NCBI GenBank assembly: GCA_046563655.1
Contig: CM102285.1
Span: forward strand, 620,001-684,000
DNA: 64,000 nucleotides
Origin: Yuukianura sp. NJ FZ-2021
Lineage: Eukaryota
Direction of reading: 5' to 3'
Shown: piece by piece, positions 54,109 to 64,000 of the stretch
Numbering within the stretch: position 1 is the first letter of the stretch
Layout: the number at the start of each line of letters is the position of its first letter
Made by a program: the position numbers and the translations under genes
The notes under the pieces: generated by a model
Told to the model about the DNA's origin: nothing
Databases searched by the model: none
The model's input: the letters and a program-made list of their open reading frames with translations, nothing else

Positions 54109-54493
54109 CAGTATTGCTGGAGGCTTAAACGTCCAGTGGTTTAATTGCCACTTCCACTGGACGAAATGCACCCGAAATGGATGAAACTTAGTGTATAAAA
54201 GAAATTAAGAATTTAGCGCGAAATTTAAAAAAAATCCAAGTTTAAAATTACAGAACAACATCAAAAAAAGAAGTTTCTTTCATTGTTAAAATTAATTATT
54301 TATTTAAAACTCCTACAAAAAGGATATTTTCTTCGATTTTGAACGGTATTTTGAATTGTTTAAGCTTTTTGTATTTAATTGAAACACCGCGGACAAGGCT
54401 CCGCCCCTTTCGATTCATCCATTTCGTCCATTTCTTCCACTGGATATCCAGCCGTGGACGAAATGTCGAAAAAGTGGATATCCAATAACACTG
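54109..54493. mobile_element. hAT-type MITE, related longer copy
   Basis: cagtattgctgga ... tccaataacactg; flanks ttatttgg / ttatttag (7/8 TSD); shares tggacgaaat and atcca motifs with the other copies. Confidence 0.7.
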
Positions 54494-55672
54494 TTATTTA
54501 GGTTGTGTTACGCTTGATTAACAGAATATTAGTAATGTTTGGCCACTTAAATATGAACTATGATGTAGGTTTTGATTAACTTAAAGTATAATCAGTTTTT
54601 AATTTTGTCGGCTTTGGAATTGCCGGCTCCGACATATGGAACCGAAAAAAACAATAATAACTGTTACAAAATCTAAGATTAGTCACACAACTGAATAGTT
54701 TTCTTCTTACTCTTCACTTATACTAAAACAATAAGCTGGTTAAGGGCAATTAACGGTGACCTTTGACCTCCTTGGGTCTCTGGCATGACGTTTCGTCTGA
54801 TTCGTCACAATTGTCTACAGCGCTGAAGCTTGCGTTGACTCAAAATGCCAACGTCAATTCCAATAATATGCTGAAACTGTCCTAAACAGTGGTGGTGCTT
54901 CTTAACGGCCCAAAATATTTAAACTTTAAAACTAAATTCGAAAACATTTTTTTCGTAGCCAAATTTTCAAAAATGTAATTTTTGTTTCATGCTTCTATGC
55001 GGAATTGGTGTTCAACTTTTTTTCAAATATTTTTGTCATCTCCGTTTGTTCCTCTTTTTTTTTCATGTTTCGTAGTTTGCTAGGTTTTGGTTTAATTAGT
55101 ATCATTAACTAATTGAATCAGTTTTAAAAACATGTTTAGTTAATTTTAAACCTGTTTAATTGAATAATCTCTATGATACTTAAACGAATACACTTTGTGG
55201 TTAGTTAATTGCAGACAATCATGAATCTCTTCTGTAAATGATGCAATGAATCTCATTATAAAAGTACTATGATTATGATCTTATAGTTTGATGAAAAGTT
55301 GAAGCTATTAATTGTTATTTATAGTTTATATTTCACTATTTTCTAATTCTAATTTTTCATAAAAATTACCACCAAGTTATTAATGCAATGTAATAAATCC
55401 CTTTACAGACATAGTGTCCCGAATGATTAGGAAATCTAATAAAGTTAACAGAAGGAAACTAAAACCTGAAGTTGTATTGTAAAAAGTTATATAATTAGTA
55501 ATTAATTAGCCAGTTTAGTGAAAATTCTGAAATGTTTCTGCTAATTGAAATTCAATTTTTCGTATGTGTAACAGCGTTACGAAAAAAGACGCCAACTTAA
55601 AGACTGAGGGAAAAAGAGCGGGAATCAAACAAGTTGGTTTTTGTGTTGAATTTTATATTTTTTTGAAGGCTC

Positions 55673-55843
55673 GGTTGACGTAGGGGCTACAGCTGCATGT
55701 TGTGCCCACACAGTGTAGCCACTACTTGGCGCTGCATAACTTACCGCTTTACGTCAAGTTTGCTACTTTTATGCTAAAAAATTTCAAAGAGGCTACATAA
55801 GTTGCCACCTTAATGTAGCCACAAAGTGCAGCCACGTCAGCCG
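55673..55843. mobile_element. Short palindromic MITE-like element
   Basis: cggttgacgt ... acgtcagccg ends, with inverted ggctaca / tgtagcc motifs inside. Confidence 0.4.
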
Positions 55844-56196
55844 TCAGGTGGTGCAGATGGTAAGCTACATTGTTTAGGTAACACGTCTTTCGTTGAACCT
55901 TACTTCAACCGAACTCTCATTTGTTTTCGGTTGCTTGATTGATTGACTACTCAATTACTAATCAATTAGTTAATCGTCTCAACTCTATTTTTTTATGAAT
56001 TGATATGTTACATGTTAATATCAAGTGCAATTAGTACACCAGTGATCAAGACACTACAAAGCAATAGCTTAGTTACTTAGGTAAAAGTAAAACTAGCAAA
56101 GCTACCAAAGGTAGAGCATCATTTTTACTTTACATTGTAATTTAGTACAACCTACCTTAATTGCTTTTTTCTGGTTTACGTAGCTTATGAATTGAA

Positions 56197-59077
56197 ATGG
56201 AGGATACTGTTGGCACCGTGAAACGACCGTTTCTAAGGAAAGGCACAGGATTGAAGCGGTTTTACAAAGACATTGACGTTGAGGGATACTTTAGTAGCGT
56301 AAGCCCAACGAAACCGATCACCGCCAATGGTAAACTAACTGAAAGGAATCAAGAATACGCTGAGCCTGTTACGAACTACCCGCCATTCCACCCGTTATCG
56401 GTATTGAAGTCAGCAGATAGTCCCAAGAGAAACTTGAATGTCCGGTTTTCTCATGAACCGATCAAGAAAGTTGCAGAGTATGGCAGAAGTAGACGAGCCC
56501 TGGATTTTGGAGACGCTGAGAAGTTCCGGGACAAGGAAAACCTAAACCCCAACATTGTCAATAATGTCAGTGAATTCAGCAGTAGTGACGAAGATTCTGA
56601 ATCTGAGCGCGATGATGATGAGGAAGATGCTGAAGGGGAGTGGGAAACTGAAGATCAAGAGGAAGACGATGATGATGAATCGGTGGTTCAAATCAGCGAT
56701 TCTCTTGTGGAGGAAGTATTCAAATCAATACTCAAAGCCAAGGCGGATGAATTACTTCCAAAACTAAACGGCAATGATCCAATTCTTCACCGTCAACTTC
56801 CAGATCAAGCGCCGGTGACATCGACATCTGATCGACCACTGAGCCCAAGGTCCATGGTGGAACGAGAGTTAGAAATGTTTGAAAAAATGGAACGGATGAC
56901 CACAAATCAAAGTTTTTGTTCAACTGCTTCCACTGTTCAGCGATTCGTTCATACTGAACTTCGACTTTCACCGATTGTCGACACATCTCCAAACGAACCA
57001 CCACCACCACCTCAGCAATTCCTTGGACAATTCAATCACCAACCAAATGTACAGCAACTTCTACCTCAGAAACTTCCTCCAGCATCAGCATCGCAGAATC
57101 CTAATACTTCCTCCATGCAATCTAGAAATCCAGCCACTCTTAGCCGAAAACCAGACAGCCTCAAGTACCTCCAAGGTCTAAGTCAGGTCCGCAGTTCCGC
57201 ACCGTTTCAATCGCACCAAGCAAATCAGAAACAGCATAAAGTAGCAGCAGCAGGGACAACAGTACAGCAGCAGCATCATCCTCCACACTCAACAGTACAG
57301 CAGCAGTATCCTCCACCCGCAGCAGTACAGCACCAGCATCAGCAGCATCCTCCACCCTCTACCGTTGCTAACCCAGCTATTGAAAATCGAAAACAAGAGT
57401 TAGAACAGGACGACCAGTATCTCCGAGCCCTCTTGACCATGCGAATTCATCAACTAGAGTCACAAATAGTTCTTCACCGAACAGAAAACAAAAGAATGCA
57501 GGATGTCCGGACTCAACTGGAAGTAGAATTGGCTGCACTGGAGAAGAAAAAGAAAGAATTTGAAGTTCGTCAAGCGAAAGAACTGGAAGTAATTGACGAT
57601 CTCAAGAAGCGGCTCAAGCGGGATCAAGAGAAACTGAACAAGGAGCTGACGACTACACAGAAAACGAAAACGACTGAAGAAGAAGCCGAATCGGAACTGA
57701 AACAACTTAGGCTCAAAGTGGCTGAACAAGATAAGGAACTCAAAGTGAGAAGTGGCCGTTGGGCTTCCAGTGCTCGAAACTTCAAAACAGAAATTGAGGA
57801 ACTCAAAACTGAAAATGAAAAACTACAAAAATGTATTTTGGAGTTAAAAAATGACAAGTACAAACTGAATCAGCGTTTGAGGAGACTGGCCAAACTTCCA
57901 GCTGATGACGTTGCTCAATCGTCGATTTCTAAAGATATCACTCCGCCACCACCAAAATCAGCTGACATGACAAGATCTAGACCACTGCAGCCCTTGGACA
58001 AGTCATCGTCATCGTTACGTCCACCAAACGTTGTTTCGTCGTCACATGCTCTTCCAGTGACCAGAACCTCGAATACTGCCCAAGTATCCTTGGATACTTG
58101 CCGATCAGAGCATAACAGGGAAGAAGTAGATAGTAACGGAGTGAGACGGATATTCTCGGATACTGGTGAATGTCTAGAGTAAGTTTGTCGATAACTCAAG
58201 CTTTGTTAATCAACTTAAGTTAATTAAATAATCTAAAGTCTAAGTTAACGATTAACTTAACATAACATCTATCTGAGGTTTCTTCTGTTTAGGGTTCACT
58301 ATCCCAACGGTGACATCAAGGACTTGAGAGAAGTGAATAGCACTGGAGCTAGCAAGTATTATTTCAAAGAAGCCGATAGTTGGGAAATTATCTATCCAGA
58401 TGGAACTGAAACTCTTCAATTTGGAAGGTAAAACAGAAACTAAAAGTACAAAGTTATATGTTAGTGATTTTGTTCTTAGCCGATTTTGTTATGAAAAGTT
58501 AACGGCTCACAAGGCTTGAGGTACAAAGAATGACAGTACCGAAAAAAATGAAGAACTGAGTGGGACTCGAACCCTAATCTCTTCCATATGGGAAGAGCTC
58601 TAACCATTGAGCTATCGCTATCAGGTTCCAGTAAGAAGTAATGGAATTTTTATGTATTTTTTTAGCGGCGAAGTACAGACGAAGTTTCCGAATGGAGTTC
58701 GTGAAATCAAGTACGTGACGGGAGCCGTTCGTCGGATTTTTCCAGACGGAGCCGAAGAGAGTGTTTTTCCAGATAAAACTTTAGTTAGAACCGGAAGTGA
58801 CGGAGAGCGGGAAATCCATCTTCCAAATGGACAAGTGGAACATCATAGTAAAAATTTGAAGATGAGGATATATCCAGATGGAACTGAAAAAGTACTATAC
58901 AATGATGGATCTTCTCTAACTCGATACTCTTCCGGAAGACAACGGTTTCGAAATTCGGCGGGAGAAATTGTGTACGATCGTATCGGTACCGAAACAACCA
59001 CAACCGAATCTCCCGGAAACGGAACCAGCCCATCGTCGTCATCCAGTACAACTGTTTCCAGTCGCCCCAGAATTTGA
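56197..59077 (+). CDS. Sas-4: Centriolar protein Sas-4 / CPAP (CENPJ)
   Basis: Exons 56197-58178, 58293-58427, 58666-59077. KRPFLRKGTGLKRF tubulin-binding motif, ELEMFEKME motif, central coiled coil, and C-terminal Tcp10/G-box repeats (YPNGDIK, FPDG, YPDGTEK, YSSGRQR). Confidence 0.9.
58542..58625 (-). mobile_element. tRNA-derived short element, second copy, in a Sas-4 intron
   Basis: Minus strand gatagctcaatggttagagctcttcccatatggaagagattagggttcgagtcccactcagttcttcattttttt: A-box, B-box and T7; alignable to 5798-5879. Confidence 0.7.
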
Positions 59078-59504
59078 TAAACTTTTTATGTTATTTACAT
59101 CAAGCTTTACATAATTAACTGTTCGTTTTTATCATTAATTATAAACTTGTTTTTCGGGTTTTAGATTTCCAGAGTGCGAATTTTTACTCATTTTGGGGTG
59201 GCGTTGACATGCGCACTGTCAGGCGCTTCTGCTTATTCTGTGGAATAGGCATGCGGCAGTGACAGGAAGCGAAGATTAATTAGTTTTGAGCGTTTTCTGG
59301 TATTTCCTGGTGCGAATTTTCCGTGTTTCGTTTTCCGTTGAATGAAAATGTTAAGTTTCTGGTCAATTAAGTTTAATTAATTCTAAATTCAATTAACTTT
59401 TGAGAATTAAGTGGCCTGATTGCCATTGCTTTAAAAGGTCATGACTCTATGCATTTCTGGATTTATTGTTTCCAATACTTACAGAAGTTGACCTTTGACA
59501 CAAC

Positions 59505-60300
59505 ATGGAACCGAGAACCGTTACTTCCTTGCTTGCTGTGCTGTGCGTTCTTCAGATCTCCTCGACATTTGGAGTCGACGTTGACGACACAAGTACAACT
59601 TTGAAAAAAAAATGTTTAGTAAACTTATTTTCGAAAACTCTTTTGAAAAGAATTAATTTTTGGTGTTTTTGATTTCAGCAATTTCGAAGCGCGCAGCAAA
59701 TGGAGACTTGCAAGGTACATGAAAAATAAGTCAACAAAAAAAAGATTTCGAAATTTTTAAAGTTTTCAAAATAGTGAATTTTTTTTGTTGTATATGCAGA
59801 GTACCGTGACCGAATCTTGATCAACCTAAACCAGTACCGACGTCGGCACAATTTGCCAGCATTTGAGGCTGATGCTGCCGTAAGCATTTTTCCTGTCGCA
59901 TATGCACTGTTCAAATTTTTGAAAAATTGTATCTCACTTATGTGCAGTTGAAATTTTTGCAAAACTCTTTCTCTTCTTTTAGTTAGAGAAAGGAGCACAA
60001 GGTTGGGCCGAATCCGAGATGAAAGTGATGTCGATGAGCCACAGTTGCGACTACTGTCCGGACTTTTCAGAAATTCTGGCGAAACGTCGTGCTTCACGAC
60101 CATTGCCGCAGGGCGCAGAAGCAGGAGAATGGGTGTACAAGAGTTGGTTTGGACAAGAGGACAACATCTACTCTGTCATCGTGGACAATCCGGACATTCA
60201 CAAAGTTGGATTCGGAATTGCTTATATCCGTGACCCCAGAGACAGGACATTCCACATGTACGCTGTCGGAAGATTCAGTCGACGGGCACAACGCGGATGA
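59505..60300 (+). CDS. Small secreted CAP/SCP-superfamily protein
   Basis: Four GT-AG exons: signal peptide MEPRTVTSLLAVLCVLQIS, then LNQYRRRHNLPAFEADAALEKGAQGWA, MSH, EILA, SW and HKVGFGIA, consistent with a CAP fold. Confidence 0.65.
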
Positions 60301-62335
60301 ACTTAAGTCGGAGTCACTCGGCTCAAATCGGGGACACGAATGTGCAAAAACTGCAAATTTTTCATTTCCATTTACTCCTTGTTCTTTTTACAAAAAAAAA
60401 GTTTTTTTGAAAATAAAAGTTGCAAAAAGTTATTTACAGAATTTCAACCAGAGACAAGCGAGGAAGGTGTGCAAAAATTTTGCGAAACAGAATTTGCAAA
60501 TTTTTTCCTGAATCGGCTCCTAATCAAACAAAAGTTTTCGCAGTCTTTTGAAATTGTCTGCTGCTGTTATAATTTTTTGAGACAATAGCTTCCGGCCTAG
60601 GTGTTTTTCTCAAATTGGCAAATTTTTGCACAAATCAACTTCATTGGCATTTTGGCAAAAATATTGCAAAAAAATCAACTCTGATGAAAATCTGAAACTG
60701 ACTGAAAAGTGAACGTGAACGTGCAAATATTTCAAATTCGAATGTCCCTCTGGCCAAAATTTGCAACAATTGGAACAACTTGCCAAAATTTTCGTTGTCA
60801 TCGGATGTCCAATTGTTGCAAATTTTTCATTTTTGCAAATTGACATCTAAGTCGTGACTTAAGGGGACTTCTGTGTATAATGAACGACTTTGGATGACCT
60901 TTGACCTGTCAATATGTAGGTTACTGTTTGGTAGGGTGCAATGTATAAACAGAATTTCCGATTGATCAGTTTTAGACTCGTGCACGCATGCGCGGTTTCT
61001 TTGAATTTTTTTGCAAATCACTTGAATCTGTGTGCAAATGAACTGCCGCAGGAGGCACAAGATTAATCATGTTGGCGAAGAAACGTGATTGTAGGTTACG
61101 CTTTTACACTTTAAGTACGTTCCCACCCTCTGTTCAATGTCACTATAAAGTGGAGTTAGGACAGTTTTATATATAAAATGAATAAAATAATATTAAAAAT
61201 AATTAATGTAATAATAATATAATAAGAAGCACAATATGGGATGACTGATGGGGCACTCCAAGATCAAAAGGCTCTACATAATTATCCGTTTCACTTAATC
61301 AGACAGTCTGCGCAGATTCCTATCATTTTTCTACTGCGCATGCGTCACTCTCTTTGTACTTTGGCATTGAAACGTTAATTGTTGGGTTTAAACTTTTAAA
61401 CTGGTTCAACCACTGCTACTCTCTCAGAAAGTACAAAAGGTACCAATTTTGAGAAAAAATTTGCACAAATTATGCATTTGCAAAAAATTTAAGCAGAAAA
61501 AAGTAAATGACGGTTTAATTTAAAATATTCATTTAAAAATTGAATCACGCAGCTTAAAATTTACAAGGAAATCTAAAACGTAAAAGTCACCGATTGTCGC
61601 GAATGTCAAAACATTTTGGTGTACATAAAGTCATGTATTGAGCATGCGCAGTGTGAATTTTTGTGAGTGCATTGCTGGAGGTGTTAATTTTCCTTGTTAG
61701 TAATTAAGAAAGTAATTAGTCAAAAAATACACAAGGAGTATTCAACTAATTAAAACTAATTCAACGAGTTCCGGTTACAAATTAAAAACTAACCTCAAAT
61801 TCCAAGAATTACTTTTGATGCAAAATAAAATTACTAAACATAAATTTGCTTTACTTTTTGAAATTTATTACAACTTTTAGTTCTTTGTGCATGACCTTGA
61901 AAGTTTTATTTGGGTCATGTTGGAGAAGACATTGACAAGTGAGCATCATAATAAAATGTAATCAATCCTCATGTTTTTGCTCAATTCGCAAATTTGGAAT
62001 TGGCGAATTGTTGCAAAAAATGTGCGAATTGTGAGTAGTCAGACCAAAAACGGAGGACTTAAGGGCCCTTTAACTTGTGAAGTGTTTTGGTGGTGCCTTG
62101 ACTTGGATTTGAGGGTGGAGTGGGTGTTATATAAGGTCACAAACATCACTTCTTACTAGAGCACTCTCATTTTGGCATGTCATAATCTCACATACACAAC
62201 TTCAAAAAAAAATTCAACATTTTTTTTGAATAGTTTAAAAAATTTCAGTTTAGAAATTAAAAAAAAGTCTCTTGACTAAAGTGAATCGAAATTTAGTGTA
62301 ACACCAAATGAAGTGACGGAAATAATTGGATCACT

Positions 62336-63155
62336 ATGAGGGTAAAATTGTTGCAGTTTTGTTTAAATTTTAAATTAAATTAAATTAAACCTTATTTATT
62401 ATTAAATTATAAATATATTTTAACACTTTAATAATGCTTTTAAAATTATAATAACAAATTGGAAATATGTTTTTGTTTGTGCTAAAAAAGTTTTTAGCGT
62501 TTTTTCTCATTCTGCCGTTTGTGCACTGTGTTGTGGCTGTTCCTGGGTTCGGAAACTACGGATACGATGGACGTGGACACCGTGGATACAACGCCGTCGG
62601 ACAGAAATATAAATCACATGACTACTACGTAAGTAATTTTCAAAAAATGTTAGAAAACATTTCCAACAAAATTTTTAGAAAAATTTAAAAAAATACACAG
62701 CGTTACTGTAAAGTATTACTTTTCTTTAAAGTTGAGATATTTAATAGGTTTTAGTAGAGAAAGAGATTATGAATAACTTAAAGCATTTTCAGTTCTGAAA
62801 CCCAGTAATTACATAATTACATTGCAGTAATTATCTGAAATTTCGTAATTACAGAGAATAGAGAAAGTCGAATAATTAAGTCGAATTCAAACAAATTTGG
62901 GCCTAAATTGTTAAATCAATTAATCAATTTTTAGGCGAAGCCCCAGTACGCATTTGGTTACGAAGTAGATGACTACTACACGCAACTCTCGCATGGACGC
63001 TGGGAAGTTCGTGATGGTGACGTAACACAGGTAAAACTTAAAAAAATCATGCGCGGTAAAATTCAAAATTTGTTTCGAAAAAGCGCCAATTCAAATTTGA
63101 AAATTTTCAATTGCAGGGTCAATACCGTGTACTTTTACCCGACGGACGCATACAG
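62336..63155 (+). CDS. Cuticular protein, RR-2 type chitin-binding domain (3' end not found in window)
   Basis: Two-codon first exon, a signal peptide/GY-rich exon, then PQYAFGYEVDDYYTQLSHGRWEVRDGDVTQ and GQYRVLLPDGRIQ (R&R consensus); TATA at ~62128. Confidence 0.85.
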
Positions 63156-64000
63156 GTAAGAACTAGAATTCAATTTTTTTCTTGAAGTAATTTATAATTG
63201 TAATTAGGGGCGGAGTTAATTTAGGGCTATTAAAAAATCAAGTTGGTTTAATAGAAAGTAAAATTTTAGGCAGCAAAAGAGCGCGAAAATTTAAATTGGT
63301 ACTTAAAAATTATGTAACGCCTAGTAAATTTACGCATTTTCCATTTCGTTTTGAGTTGTTCTATTTTTTGATCCGCATTTTCATCCTGTCATACACGGTT
63401 TAACAACACACAAAAAAGTGAAAGTTTTTCACACTTTGAGCTTTGTAATTAACACCCAATTTTTATTAGCAAAATTTTTTTTAAGTTTTGTTTTCCAAAA
63501 ATTAATTATCAGAGACAATCATTTTTTTTTCGTACAAAAATTGATTGATTTTGTGTTTGGAGTTTGTTGGTTCTCAGTATCTCGACAATGCATTTGCGAA
63601 ATTTTTGCACAAACAGAGCGAAAGTTGTAACAGTTTGAAATCCGAGTGCTAGGTACTAATTGGAAGAGAAAATTAATTAGTTCAACGGAGTTTAATTAAT
63701 TAGCTGACAGTTTTTAAGGAGTAGTTGCGAAATGTAACACGGCTCAGCACTGCGCAAGCGCAGTTAGGCCTAATTGCAATGCTCAAATTTTCGCTACAAT
63801 TTTCTCAATTGGTGCATTTTTTGTTCAAGTGGCGATGTTGCGTAATATTTGTTTTTATTAAAGTGGAATGAATTTGTGGAAATTCATAAAAATGTTTGAA
63901 TTCGTTTTTCTCTGACATTGTTTTTAATTTTTTTTTTTGAAAAAGATTGTGTCGTACATTGCTGACAAAGGTGGGTATCGACCCACTATTCAGTACATTA

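Overview
AT-rich eukaryotic genomic DNA with many short spliceosomal introns. An RR-2 cuticular protein, Ndae1- and straightjacket-like genes and an H4 starting M-T-G point to an arthropod; a springtail-like hexapod is only a guess from the bacillopeptidase-F-like and BP74-like genes. Gene order: SLC4 Na+-coupled bicarbonate transporter (+, ~5.6-22 kb) hosting an antisense two-exon gene for a single filamin repeat; Ca2+ channel alpha2delta subunit (+, 24.7-34.1 kb); a DINE-1/Helentron-like element; a CIMIP1/C20orf85-like ciliary gene with an RFX X-box; a convergent pair of bacterial-type genes (S8 protease + BP74-like secreted protein) bracketed by a ~90-bp degenerate direct repeat; TM9SF4 (-); one co-oriented H1-H3-H4-H2A-H2B-5S rRNA unit (-); a 4-TM protein; Sas-4/CENPJ; a CAP-domain protein; and a partial cuticular protein. 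Introns carry hAT-type MITEs (some nested), tRNA-derived short elements and tandem repeats. All exon boundaries were read by eye and no database searches were run. The leads most worth following are the nested single-filamin-domain microprotein, the putative horizontally acquired protease/BP74 cassette and the solitary histone-5S unit.
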